Made by a program: the position numbers and the translations under genes. From Planctopirus limnophila DSM 3776 (GTDB lineage Bacteria; Planctomycetota; Planctomycetia; Planctomycetales; Planctomycetaceae), in contig NC_014148.1 of the NCBI RefSeq assembly GCF_000092105.1, forward strand, positions 4,620,001-4,652,000: 32,000 nucleotides of DNA, in the 5' to 3' direction. Below are positions 8,243 through 17,768 of the stretch, one piece after another. Under the pieces are notes generated by a model. The model saw nothing but the letters and a program-made list of their open reading frames with translations, did not search any database and was not told where the DNA came from. Numbering within the stretch: the stretch's first letter is position 1; the number at the start of each line of letters is the position of its first letter.

Positions 8243-9820
8243 ATGCAAAAAAAAGTGGGCGATCAACGAATCGAAATCATAAATGATGACCGTGTGTACA
8301 CTTCTTCAGAGTTGATTGGTAAGCTCAACGCTGAAGGTTTTAGCACTCCAAATGCTCGCAAAATCCTCAGTCGCGAGTCACAAAAAAAGAGCCTTTGGCG
8401 TTCAGAAACGCTCAAATTACCGAGAGATGAACGACTATTTTCTCGATTGGGATTGGTTGGAACGCCATCCTTCTTCGCACAAATCGGAGAAAAACTAAGG
8501 TCAACACAACGGCATGGAATAGCGAGAAGTGTCGCAGCTCTTGGTACGCATAAGCTGCTTCATCGCATGGATCTGCTACGTCTCCTCGCTGTGACATCAT
8601 CAACGGATGCCGCCCTGTCAGGAAGTCGGCAAAGACTCTCATTTGAGGAGGAGTGCCGCTCGCTCGAAGAACTTGGAGCAAAAATCATTCAGCGTGGAAC
8701 AGCTTTAGAGTCAGTTGTGGCACCACAGGCTGTGCAAACCGGTGAAGACCTAGATTCTCTTGCAGTGATTGCCTTAAGCCGAATTCGAGTTGAAACACTT
8801 CTCGCAAAGATTTTAACTGAACGGTTTCGAAAGCAGAATCTCATATCATGGAACTGCATCGATATCGCGGACTTTGACAAGCCATACGTTGTTTTCAATG
8901 GGCAAGTTTTCACAGCATATGGGTTTTCCTATCTTGGACCTCTAAGGCGGTGGAAAGATGGAAACCGAACTCCTACTTCATGTCCAGTCGTTATAGACTG
9001 TTACCACGATATGTGCTCCCTACCTCAGGTTGAATCTTTGCTTCAAAGAATTCAACGAGCAGCCTATCGAGGCCGCAAACAGCAGCCCATCTTGGGCGTA
9101 ATTGCCGCACGCGACTTCGAAACGGAGGCGTGGAGTAAAGCTCGTCAAGAATCGTTAATGACTGTTAGCTTTCGCCAATTGTTCGGCGATGAAGCATTGA
9201 ATGTAATGATTCAGATTGAACAACTGCTTTGCGGAATATGCCAGTCCGATCCAAAAAACTCTCAAGATCAATATAATAAAGTGGCTACACTGATAGAAGA
9301 CTTAAAGGTGAATCCAATTGTAGCAGATTTACGAGCAATTGGTCTTGAATTAATATCTGCTTTGATTCTGCAATCAAATGGATTCACTTCACTAGAGCTC
9401 GGTCGAGTCGTTCCATGGGGTAGTACATCTCGCGATGTAGATGTTTTTGGGATTCGTGCGGATAATGAGTTGAGAATTGTGGAATGTAAAGCCTATCACC
9501 ATAAAAAATCTCTTCTTGACTCCGATGTAAAAAAGTTTTTTACGGAAACCGTACCAGCATTGAAGAAATGGCTGAAAGACAATTCTCGTCATTTTGAAAA
9601 ATGTATTGCTGAAATTTGGACGACAGGGCCTAAAGGCAAAAACGCAGAAAACACCATGAAGGAAATTAGAGTGCCTGCTGGTGACAATTGGACAATACGA
9701 AGAATGAGTGATATGCACGCAGAGATACCAAAAAATATACGAAGACGCAGTGTGGCGCTCTTAAAGGCCATTTCATTTCCAGAAACAGACCTGAACGACT
9801 TATGCAACGAAGAATGCTGA
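8243..9820 (+). CDS. Large hypothetical protein with a C-terminal PD-(D/E)xK (Mrr/restriction-endonuclease-like) nuclease motif; candidate stand-alone defence or restriction-like gene
   Basis: The 525-aa ORF sits in an AT-rich block. The C-terminal region reads ELISALILQSNGFTSLELGRVVPWGSTSRDVDVFGIRADNELRIVECKAY (nt 9434-9490), which contains D...E-x-K in the usual helix-strand context. I did not recognise the N-terminal ~390 aa. Confidence 0.8.
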   Translation: MQKKVGDQRIEIINDDRVYTSSELIGKLNAEGFSTPNARKILSRESQKKSLWRSETLKLPRDERLFSRLGLVGTPSFFAQIGEKLRSTQRHGIARSVAALGTHKLLHRMDLLRLLAVTSSTDAALSGSRQRLSFEEECRSLEELGAKIIQRGTALESVVAPQAVQTGEDLDSLAVIALSRIRVETLLAKILTERFRKQNLISWNCIDIADFDKPYVVFNGQVFTAYGFSYLGPLRRWKDGNRTPTSCPVVIDCYHDMCSLPQVESLLQRIQRAAYRGRKQQPILGVIAARDFETEAWSKARQESLMTVSFRQLFGDEALNVMIQIEQLLCGICQSDPKNSQDQYNKVATLIEDLKVNPIVADLRAIGLELISALILQSNGFTSLELGRVVPWGSTSRDVDVFGIRADNELRIVECKAYHHKKSLLDSDVKKFFTETVPALKKWLKDNSRHFEKCIAEIWTTGPKGKNAENTMKEIRVPAGDNWTIRRMSDMHAEIPKNIRRRSVALLKAISFPETDLNDLCNEEC

Positions 9821-9846
9821 GAATTCAAATAAAGCTGCTTCTTTAA

Positions 9847-9885
9847 TCCTCACCCGCGTCTTCGTTGGAGAGGGCACAGTGAGGG
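9847..9885 (-). repeat. Short repeat family R4 (reverse copy)
   Basis: The reverse complement ccctctccaacgaagacgcgggtgagga matches 19209-19238 (cccctctcccacaaagacgcgggcgagggt) at about 24 of 28 positions. It lies directly 3' of the 8243..9820 gene. Confidence 0.5.
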
Positions 9886-10026
9886 TCTTCCTCATCGATT
9901 TTCAACAACTACAATGGCCTCCGCCGGAGTGCCAATTGTCTGCTCCAGGCCAGAGATGAAAAGCGTCCTGCGATGAAGCGACTCGTGGATTGCACGCCCG
10001 ATACGTGCGAGCTCCGCTCATCCCAG

Positions 10027-10052
10027 CCTTCTCCCGTCAGAACGGGAGAAGG
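10027..10052. other. Perfect 11-bp hairpin (ccttctcccgt-caga-acgggagaagg)
   Basis: Complementarity was read directly from the sequence. There is no T-tract, so a terminator role is uncertain. Confidence 0.5.
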
Positions 10053-10087
10053 AGCTAAACTGCAATGAATAACCAGCGTCAGCCGAT

Positions 10088-10122
10088 CTGGTGGCAAACG
10101 AGGACGTTTGACCCCAGCCTCA
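10088..10122 (+). repeat. Solo right arm of the MITE-like element
   Basis: CTGGTGGCAAACGAGGACGTTTGACCCCAGCCTCA is near-identical to 1056-1090 and 17678-17712. No partner left arm lies within ~200 bp upstream. Confidence 0.8.
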
Positions 10123-10203
10123 CTTCGAATCAACATACTAAAGCAAGCTGTGTGAATGAGCGTTGAATCGTAGATTCCTTATCTCTGTCAGGAAGCGTCA
10201 TCC

Positions 10204-10950
10204 TTGTCTTCGAGCCTTGCAGAAATACCTGTCGATTTCGAGCCGCTGGACATCCTGTGTGTGGCACCGCATCCGGATGATGCGGAGATCAGTGTGGGAG
10301 GTTCGCTGCTCAAATGGCATCGGATGGGGCAGCGTGTGGGTGTTCTCGATCTGACTTCGGGTGAACCCACCCCCTTCGGAACACCTGAAATTCGACGCTC
10401 AGAAACCCAGGTGGCGACGAAACTTCTGGAGCTGGATTTTCGTTTGAACCTCGGTTTACCGAATCGCGCGCTCGAAGCCACACTGGATCATCGTCGGGCT
10501 GTGGCGGAGGTGTTTCGATTAACCAGTCCCAAGGTCATTCTGGCACCGTGGCCTGAGGATGCCCATCCCGATCATGTGGCAGCGACACAGATGATCGAGG
10601 CGGCACGGTTCTGGTCGAAACTGACGAAAACAACCATGGCGGGTGAGCCTTATCACCCTCCCCGAATCTTCTACTACTGGAGCATTCACCTCAAAATTCA
10701 GCCAGAGCCGGCATTTGTCGTCGATATCAGCGAGACGATCGATGAGAAGATGCGGGCCGTCGAGGCTTATGCCAGCCAGTTCATCACAGGTCGCACACTC
10801 ACCTTTCCGACGGCTCTGGATGATATTCGTGACCGGGCCCGCTACTGGGGCTGGGCAATCGGAAAAGCTTATGGCGAGCCAATCGGGAGTCGCGAGGCTT
10901 TGTGCGTGCATGATCTGGGAGCTGTCACCAGCCTGAAGCTGGGAACATAG
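10204..10950 (+). CDS. PIG-L/LmbE family N-acetylglucosaminyl deacetylase (BshB1-like)
   Basis: Contains ILCVAPHPDDAEISVGGSLLKW and GVLDLTSGE plus a downstream HPDH motif, all typical of the PIG-L family. A TTG start has AGGAAG ~10 nt upstream. Confidence 0.85.
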   Translation: MSSSLAEIPVDFEPLDILCVAPHPDDAEISVGGSLLKWHRMGQRVGVLDLTSGEPTPFGTPEIRRSETQVATKLLELDFRLNLGLPNRALEATLDHRRAVAEVFRLTSPKVILAPWPEDAHPDHVAATQMIEAARFWSKLTKTTMAGEPYHPPRIFYYWSIHLKIQPEPAFVVDISETIDEKMRAVEAYASQFITGRTLTFPTALDDIRDRARYWGWAIGKAYGEPIGSREALCVHDLGAVTSLKLGT

Positions 10951-10984
10951 TGTGTCTTCAGCCGATACGGTTCCGTTGATCTAA

Positions 10985-11345
10985 CAGCGTGGTGATGGTT
11001 GCGAAGGCATGCTTGCCCAGAGCCGCTGTCTTTTACACACAACTTTGCATCTGTATTAATCTGCGGTGTGGCAAGTGGCTGTGTGGCTGGGGTCAAACGT
11101 CTTCGTTTGCCCCCAGGTCATGAGACTTTGGTCATCCCTGACGACCTTTCTCAACTGCCATGAAGCATGTTTGCAGATGCATTCGTGCCGGTGACCTGAA
11201 TTCACCAATGTGCGGATGCAGACATCCGACCGTTGCCACCCGGCAATGTGAAAACATGAAGTAGAAAAGCGTAAAGACCACGCCCTTTCGCACTGTTTTG
11301 TTTTTTTAGGGGCTTCAGGTCGTGCCACCCAAGACAGTGCCACCC
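10985..11345 (-). repeat. Composite repeat copy C (reverse orientation); the MITE-like core is at 11081..11243
   Basis: 11081-11121 is the reverse complement of the right arm, and 11198-11243 is the reverse complement of the left arm (ccgggtggcaacggtcggatgtctgcatccgc...). The flanks align to copy A, including the R3 core at 11008-11026. Confidence 0.8.
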
Positions 11346-11419
11346 ATGACTGAGTTGAGAGTGAACTCGATGATCCATCCGGACGGGTTGCCCAAACGCA
11401 GCATTCGTTGATAGCGCGG

Positions 11420-13129
11420 TTATGGTTTACGCTGACTTTTGCTCAATTGTTTTGCGGCCCAGGGGGCGAGTTTCTCCCGGAAGATTTTGGAATTGTGCCG
11501 GGTATCAACGGGGAACGCCGGGTGTTCGAGAAAGTGTTCAATCGCTGCCGTGACCCGGCAACTGATGGCCAGCGAGCGAAGTTCTTCTTCGAGCTGAGCA
11601 AACGGTGTGCGGTCGCCCGGATTCCTTTCAACACACAGGACAGGGATGATTCGCTGGTCAATGAGAGCACCGACCAGAGCTGTTCTGGCGACTGCGGGAT
11701 GCCCATTGAAGACCGCTTCGCACTGATCGGCAAAGAGGGTTTGTGCAGGGACACCAGCTTCGGCCGGCAATTCAACCCGCTGTGATTTCCGGCCGCAAAA
11801 CCATAAGTGGCCCAGCTCGTCAAAGTAGCCGGCATCTCCCATGCGATGCCAGAGTTCCCCCGTGTGTGGATCGATGATTTTTGCCAACGCTGTCTGTTCG
11901 GGTCGGGCATCGTAAGACTTGGTGACGACTGGCCCGCAGACGGCAATTTCGCCAATCACACCTGGTAAGCGGATCAGATCGTTCGACCACTCGGGGATCG
12001 GCTCATCACTCAGGCGAATGACGCGGGCCTCCATGCCGGTCACCACTTGACCGACGCAGATCCCCGCTCCAGCGGCAGTTTTCTGCTGGGTTTCACCTAA
12101 AATCTGCTGGCTCGAAACAACAGCCACAGGGAGCGATTCCGTCGCACCATAAGGTGTGTAGATGGGTGTCCCCGGCGATAAAAGGGGCTGGAACAGTTCC
12201 AGAATTTTCGGGTTCACTGGTGCGCCGGCAGAAACCACACGCCGAAGTGTGGGGAAGGTCTTTCCCGCTTGTTGTGAAGCGATGGCCAGCCTGCGGATCA
12301 GAGCGGGAGAACCGAACAGATTTGTGACTTGAAAGAGTTCGATGGGTTGCCAGATTTCTTGAGGATCGACCTTCGCAGGACGGGTGAAATCCATCCGCGG
12401 AATAATCGCGGACATATTGAGGGCCGGGGCAAAGAGTGCGAACAAAGGAAAAGTGCAAAGATCAATTTCGCCCGGAGAGATCTTCAGAGCCTCTTTCAAC
12501 AGTTCCACCTGGCTCAAGAAGATCTCGTGAGTGTAAACGGCTCCTTTGGGAATTCCTGTGCTGCCACTGGTGAACAGGATGGCGGCTGTTTCATCCCGGG
12601 GGAGATCGACCATGGGAACCTGTGAGCTTTTCTGGCCCAGTCGTCGCAGTTCGTCATAAGTCCGCCCGCTCCACCAAAGCTTACGGCCGACGGTAATCAA
12701 CTGGCGCAGCGAGCCTTTCGCCCAGCCCAGCAAAGAGCGCGCGATGTGAGCCTTGGTGATGCCAATAAAGACTTCGGGACGGGCTTCGGTCAGGCATTGT
12801 GCCAGATTTTTGAGCCCCATGCCGGGATCGATGAGGACGGGGACGGCCCCCAGCCGGAACAGGGCAAAAGTCAGTACGAAGAATTCCGGTGAAGGGGGCA
12901 CCATGAGCGCAATGCGTGTCCCCCGGCGAATGCCGATCGCATTCAGCCCGGAGGCCAGTTCAACAGATAATTCATGGAGCTGCTGAAAAGTGAGCGTTTG
13001 ATAATTCTCCACCCGCAGTGGTGTTCGACCGGATGGCGGAGCGTAAATGGCGACCTGATCTGGCCTGTTAGCAGCAGCAGTTTCCAAAGTTCGAGCAATG
13101 TTACTGGCTGTCATACGCTGCAGACTCAT
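11420..13129 (-). CDS. AMP-dependent synthetase/ligase (fatty-acyl-CoA ligase family)
   Basis: The AMP-binding motif ILFTSGSTGIPKGAVYTH is present with an adenylate-forming enzyme layout (YGATES, GEIAVCGP..., WHRMGDAGYFDELGHLWFCGRK). The ATG at 13129 lies one codon inside the TTG of the track ORF. Confidence 0.9.
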   Translation of the reverse strand: MSLQRMTASNIARTLETAAANRPDQVAIYAPPSGRTPLRVENYQTLTFQQLHELSVELASGLNAIGIRRGTRIALMVPPSPEFFVLTFALFRLGAVPVLIDPGMGLKNLAQCLTEARPEVFIGITKAHIARSLLGWAKGSLRQLITVGRKLWWSGRTYDELRRLGQKSSQVPMVDLPRDETAAILFTSGSTGIPKGAVYTHEIFLSQVELLKEALKISPGEIDLCTFPLFALFAPALNMSAIIPRMDFTRPAKVDPQEIWQPIELFQVTNLFGSPALIRRLAIASQQAGKTFPTLRRVVSAGAPVNPKILELFQPLLSPGTPIYTPYGATESLPVAVVSSQQILGETQQKTAAGAGICVGQVVTGMEARVIRLSDEPIPEWSNDLIRLPGVIGEIAVCGPVVTKSYDARPEQTALAKIIDPHTGELWHRMGDAGYFDELGHLWFCGRKSQRVELPAEAGVPAQTLFADQCEAVFNGHPAVARTALVGALIDQRIIPVLCVERNPGDRTPFAQLEEELRSLAISCRVTAAIEHFLEHPAFPVDTRHNSKIFREKLAPWAAKQLSKSQRKP

Positions 13130-13706
13130 CAATGATTAAGCATGTGATTGTGTGATGCTGCGGAGTGAGATGACCTGCTTTTTGGTTGACACTCGCGGTG
13201 TGGAGGGGCAGGATATAGGTAATAAGGTACGTGATTCCAGTGTTTTGTCGCTGAATTTGGCAAGGAGCCAACTTCAAATGAGAACGCAGTCATCCGTATT
13301 GTGTGATTCCCTGGTCATGTTCTGAAATCAGTCCAACTCACCCAATTGAGCACAAGTCCTTGTGTCGTCTTGATCTGTCCCTCGATTCTACCGACTTTCC
13401 CATCCTGTTCTGACTTCTCACGACATCTTCTGGCAATCCTGAATGGGAACCTGTCGATAACATCGCCTGCCATATCAATACAGCACCAACCCACCTGCAA
13501 CGAATCATTCACAACGAACCATTTCTATTGATCAACGTTCCCAGAGTTCGCCCCATAAGCACTTTCAACTGCACCTCATCACCTGCGTGTCCAACATTGG
13601 CATCATTCCTTCATAACCTTGGATGAATTCATCGAACCCGTCGTCAGTCATCTCTCGCTGCAATTCCAAACCACCTTCCTTAGTTAAGCACTGCTGGTAA
13701 TCTTCC

Positions 13707-14633
13707 ATGACATCGCAGTCTGCGATCAGCACTCGAAAAGTCCCTGTCGTCGGAATTCTGGGAGCGATTGGCTCCGGGAAGAGTTTCGTCGCGCGGAGTG
13801 CTGCCGTCGATGTGGAACCGCCGTGGCTGGTGCTGGATGCAGATCGTGCGGGACATGAGGTGCTACGGGAAGAGGCTGTTCGCGCCCGGCTGGTCGAACT
13901 GTTCACCAGTCAGATTCTTGGTGCCGATGGTGAAATTGACCGTCGCCAATTGGCGGCCCAGGTGTTTGGAGAACTCCCCACTCAGCAGGCTGCGAGAAAA
14001 CAACTCGAACAGGTGGTGCATCCGCAGATTCGATCGCGGCTACTCCAACAGATCGAACATGCGGCTCATGCCGGATACGCGGCTGTGATTCTCGATGCAG
14101 CGATCCTGCTGGAGACTGGCTGGCGTACACTTTGCGATTTGCTGGTTTACATCGATACGAATGAAGTCGATCGTCATGCACAGATCGCAGGGCGTGGCTG
14201 GTCGTTGGAAGATCTGGCCCGACGGGAAGCGAGCCAGTGGTCACTGGATGCCAAGCGATCCGTGGCCGATCTGGTCATTTTCAACGACCTCAAAACGAAT
14301 GCAGCGACAACGGCTCTCAGAGACGCGATTCAATCGTGGTTGAAAACACCACCGGTCACGTCGTCTCACGCGGAGATGTCCGATGTCAAGGCGATCGCGC
14401 AGGAGCCGGGAAAAGCGGCTTCTCAGAATGGTGTTTCATCTTTCGTAAAAAATGCCGCCAGCCTGTGTGTTGTGAATTGGCCATGTGACGAGCCTGCGCC
14501 CTTTTCTGGCATGGCCTGGCCACTCGTACGTTCGTTGACAAACTTTGAAAGCGCGTGGTGGTGTGCCAACCTGTCAATCTGGCACCAGCCACTAAAAATT
14601 ACCTCTCAGTTAGTCAGGCAGCCCTCGCCATGA
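13707..14633 (+). CDS. coaE: Dephospho-CoA kinase with an unusual ~100-aa C-terminal extension
   Basis: Contains [17 protein letters not shown] (P-loop), [17 protein letters not shown] and [12 protein letters not shown], which matches the CoaE pattern over the first ~200 aa. The ORF stays open to the TGA at 14631-14633, which overlaps the rho ATG. Confidence 0.85.
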   Translation: MTSQSAISTRKVPVVGILGAIGSGKSFVARSAAVDVEPPWLVLDADRAGHEVLREEAVRARLVELFTSQILGADGEIDRRQLAAQVFGELPTQQAARKQLEQVVHPQIRSRLLQQIEHAAHAGYAAVILDAAILLETGWRTLCDLLVYIDTNEVDRHAQIAGRGWSLEDLARREASQWSLDAKRSVADLVIFNDLKTNAATTALRDAIQSWLKTPPVTSSHAEMSDVKAIAQEPGKAASQNGVSSFVKNAASLCVVNWPCDEPAPFSGMAWPLVRSLTNFESAWWCANLSIWHQPLKITSQLVRQPSP

Positions 14634-16192
14634 CCATGAAACCTCGTGCCTCGATGAATCGTTCGACAGAAGCCTCTGCCACCGGAGAGGCCCCGCCGAT
14701 CCCCTTAGGTTCCTTCCGCAGGGAATCTCAGTCAGGTCGTGCAACGGCAACAAGTAGTTCTGCTGCCGGCCGTGAACCTGTGCGCGAACCAGACCAGGAT
14801 CGTGCCGATCGTCGAACAGAAGAGTTCAGTGCGCCACCACTCGCTCGATCGCAGGCTCTGCCACCCGATGACGACGACCAGCCACTTCCCGGCGACGACA
14901 AGTACGAGCAGGCGAAAAACGGCGAAAACGAAATCCATGTCGCTGAACTCCAGCGATTGACGATGAAAGAACTCATCGACATTGCCCGAGCGGAGAACAT
15001 TACCGAGTACACCGGGCTCAAAAAGCAGGATTTGATCTTCAAGATTCTCAAAGAACGCACCAAGCTGCATGGCCTGATGTTCGGTGAAGGCACGCTCGAA
15101 ATTCTTCCCGATGGTTTCGGGTTTCTGCGCAGCCCCGATTATCACTATCTGCCCTGCCCGGATGACATCTATGTGTCACCAAGCCAGATTCGCCGCTTCG
15201 GGCTGAGGAATGGAGCGACTGTCGCTGGTCAGATTCGTCCGCCCAAGGAAAACGAGCGCTACTTTGCTTTGTTGCGGGTCGAGGCGATTAACGGTGAAGA
15301 TCCGAATCTGCTGACGGAGAAGGTCTTCTTTGACGACCTGACGCCTTTGCATCCCGAGCGTCGACTGAAGCTGGCGGGAATATCTTCCGATTACAGCTCA
15401 CGCGTGGTCGATATGATTGCTCCCATCGGGATGGGACAGCGAGGACTGATTGTTTCGCCACCAAAGGCTGGCAAGACGATTCTGCTGCAGAATCTGGCGA
15501 AAGCTGTCCTTGCCAATGAACCTGATGTCTATGTGATTGTGCTGCTGATTGACGAGCGCCCCGAAGAAGTGACCGATATGGAACGGCAGGTCAAAGGGCG
15601 AAATTGCGAAGTCATTTCGAGTACGTTCGATGAACCTCCCAGCCGACATATTCAGGTTTCGGAGATGGTCATTGAGAAGGCCAAACGCATGGTCGAGTAC
15701 GGTCAGCATGTGGTGATCTTTCTCGATTCGATCACCAGACTGGCCCGCGCGTGGAACTCGGAAGTTCCTCATTCGGGAAAGATCCTCACAGGTGGTGTCG
15801 ATGCGAACGCTCTGCAGCATCCCAAGCGATTCTTTGGTGCGGCACGCAATGTCGAAGAAGGGGGCAGCCTGACGATTATCGCCACAGCTCTGGTTGATAC
15901 CGGCAGCAAGATGGACGATGTGATCTTTGAAGAGTTCAAGGGGACAGGGAATACCGAACTGCACCTGGATCGCCGGATGGTTGAAAAGCGAGTCTGGCCC
16001 GCGATTGATATCAATCGTTCGGGGACACGCCGGGAAGAATTGCTGTTTAACGAAGAAGAACTTCGCAAAATCTGGATTTTGCGCCGAGTCGTGGGTGATA
16101 TGAACCCCGTGGAAGCCATGGAACTGCTGACATCCAGGCTGCGGCGAACCAAGACGAACGAAGAGTTTCTGAATACAATGAATTTAAGTTGA
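14630..16192 (+). CDS. rho: Transcription termination factor Rho with a ~115-aa disordered N-terminal extension
   Basis: Contains [17 protein letters not shown] (Rho_N), [34 protein letters not shown] (RNA-binding/CSD), Walker A PPKAGKT, and [10 protein letters not shown]. The start ATG at 14630 forms ATGA with the coaE stop. Confidence 0.95.
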   Translation: MTMKPRASMNRSTEASATGEAPPIPLGSFRRESQSGRATATSSSAAGREPVREPDQDRADRRTEEFSAPPLARSQALPPDDDDQPLPGDDKYEQAKNGENEIHVAELQRLTMKELIDIARAENITEYTGLKKQDLIFKILKERTKLHGLMFGEGTLEILPDGFGFLRSPDYHYLPCPDDIYVSPSQIRRFGLRNGATVAGQIRPPKENERYFALLRVEAINGEDPNLLTEKVFFDDLTPLHPERRLKLAGISSDYSSRVVDMIAPIGMGQRGLIVSPPKAGKTILLQNLAKAVLANEPDVYVIVLLIDERPEEVTDMERQVKGRNCEVISSTFDEPPSRHIQVSEMVIEKAKRMVEYGQHVVIFLDSITRLARAWNSEVPHSGKILTGGVDANALQHPKRFFGAARNVEEGGSLTIIATALVDTGSKMDDVIFEEFKGTGNTELHLDRRMVEKRVWPAIDINRSGTRREELLFNEEELRKIWILRRVVGDMNPVEAMELLTSRLRRTKTNEEFLNTMNLS

Positions 16193-16300
16193 TGGATGCC
16201 TGAGTTGATGGATACCTGAGCAGAATCATGTTCTGTTCGAGTCGATCGAATACTGATGGCTCTTTGTTGAATCCGTACTCTTTCCAGTATCAAAACTGAT

Positions 16301-16780
16301 ATGACGCGCACTATTGAAGCTCAACTGCTTGCTCCTCAAGAACCTGTAGCGATTGTCGTCTCGAGGTTCAATGAACTCGTGACCAACCGCCTGCTGGAAG
16401 GGGCCGTTTCGACGTATCGTCGACACGGTTTGCCCGAAGATCAGATCACGGTGGTGTATGTCCCGGGGTCATTCGAGCTGCCTGTCGTCGCGCAAAAGCT
16501 GGCACAATCGCAGAAATATGGTGCGATTGTCTGCCTGGGGGCTGTGATTCAGGGAGAGACCACGCACCACGAATACATCAATCAGCAGGTGGCCGCCGGC
16601 CTGCAGAAGATTGCTCTGGAGTGTGGTATCCCGGTGGCGTTCGGTGTGCTGACCTGCCCCACGATGGATCATGCTTTGGATCGATCGGGCGGGAAAGCGG
16701 GGAACAAAGGTGTCGAGGCGGCACTGGCAGCGATTGAAACCCGCAACGTGCTCATCGAACTTTCCCGCCATGAGAAATAA
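16301..16780 (+). CDS. ribH: 6,7-dimethyl-8-ribityllumazine synthase
   Basis: Contains [41 protein letters not shown] and GVLT, which are characteristic RibH motifs. It shows the classic ribH-nusB synteny. Confidence 0.95.
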   Translation: MTRTIEAQLLAPQEPVAIVVSRFNELVTNRLLEGAVSTYRRHGLPEDQITVVYVPGSFELPVVAQKLAQSQKYGAIVCLGAVIQGETTHHEYINQQVAAGLQKIALECGIPVAFGVLTCPTMDHALDRSGGKAGNKGVEAALAAIETRNVLIELSRHEK

Positions 16781-17013
16781 CTCTCACGAATCGATCATGC
16801 GCACATCATCTGCAGGGGAATACGATCGATGGCCTGCCGACTCAGGGTCATCAATTCCGGCCCGTCATCTGATGTGACCATGAACAGCCTGCGTGTTCAA
16901 ATCCATATTGTTTAGCGGCCTGAAGGAATGCTCCGAATCGCTGAGAGTTTCTTCCTGGTTGCAGGTTGTTATCATCATTTGTTTCCGCCCGTGATTTGTA
17001 CCTCGGATGTTTC

Positions 17014-17505
17014 ATGTCAATGTCCCGCCGCCACAAAGCCCGTGAAGTCGTGCTTCAGATGCTGTATCTGAAGGATCTCAATCCCGATGTGGGCTTCGAG
17101 CAGATTCGTCAGATGATTCAGGCCGAGTTGCCGGATGAAACGCTCTCTCGCTTTGCCTGGGGGCTCTTTTCCGGGGCGATGGAATTCCGCCCGGCGCTGG
17201 ACAAGAAAATCGAAGAAGCAGCGGTCAACTGGTCGCTCAGTCGTATGGCACCCACAGATCGCAACGTGCTGAGATTAGGTGCCTATGAACTTCTGCAGAC
17301 CGATACGCCCCACCGCGTGGTGATCGATGAAGCTCTCGAACTGGCCAAATCTTTTGGCGGTGCGAATAGCGGCTCGTTTGTGAACGGCATTCTGGATCGT
17401 TTACTGCCGCCCGAGAAAAGAGCACGCGCTGCGAAGCCCACCGAAGAAGTGCATGCCACGACAGAGTCAGAACAGCCAGCCGATGGAGAAGAAGCTCCTG
17501 CGTGA
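17014..17505 (+). CDS. nusB: Transcription antitermination factor NusB
   Basis: Contains RRHKAREVVLQMLY, DRNVLRLGAYELL, VVIDEALELAKSFGG..SGSFVNGILDRL. The ATG at 17014 gives the usual N-terminus, and there is an acidic C-terminal tail. Confidence 0.9.
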   Translation: MSMSRRHKAREVVLQMLYLKDLNPDVGFEQIRQMIQAELPDETLSRFAWGLFSGAMEFRPALDKKIEEAAVNWSLSRMAPTDRNVLRLGAYELLQTDTPHRVVIDEALELAKSFGGANSGSFVNGILDRLLPPEKRARAAKPTEEVHATTESEQPADGEEAPA

Positions 17506-17552
17506 GAAATTTTTCGATGGTCACGCGCTACGGTCACAGATTGATCGCGGCT

Positions 17553-17712
17553 GGGTGGCAGGGGTCGGATGTCTTCATCCGCCCCCTGGTCAATCAAGTT
17601 CACCAGCGCAAATGCATCCGAAACATACATTTATTGCTTTTAACGCCGTTCGTCAAAAGCGATCAGCGTCAAACAAACTGGGGGCAAACGAGGACGTTTG
17701 ACCCCAGCCACC
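17553..17712 (+). repeat. MITE-like element copy D (160 bp, core only)
   Basis: The left arm is 17553-17595 (GGGTGGCAGGGGTCGGATGTCTTCATCCGCCCCCTGGTCAATC) and the right arm is 17678-17712 (CTGGGGGCAAACGAGGACGTTTGACCCCAGCCACC). Confidence 0.85.
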
Positions 17713-17768
17713 CTGTCGGCTTTTGTATAAGATTCCCTCTGTGTGATCGTGTGGGTGTGTTCTTGTGA

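Noticed and set aside
9909-10136. 75-aa minus-strand ORF
   Set aside because: It is composed of the solo MITE arm (…GVKRPRLPP…) and the 11-bp hairpin region, so it is a repeat-derived artefact.
13133-13706. Promoter call from TTGACA (about 13186) plus TATAGG in the long divergent intergenic region
   Set aside because: The spacer is ~22 nt, too long for a sigma70-type promoter, and there is no other support.
13565-13906. 113-aa minus-strand ORF overlapping the coaE start
   Set aside because: It overlaps the conserved P-loop region of coaE on the opposite strand, and its S/T/R-rich low-complexity sequence is not convincing.
16193-16300. FMN riboswitch upstream of ribH
   Set aside because: The interval is only ~108 nt and lacks the conserved FMN aptamer segments (AGGGCGG..., CCGACGG... 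type).
15398-16311. 188-aa and 180-aa minus-strand ORFs
   Set aside because: They are antisense to the high-confidence rho gene and have no motifs.
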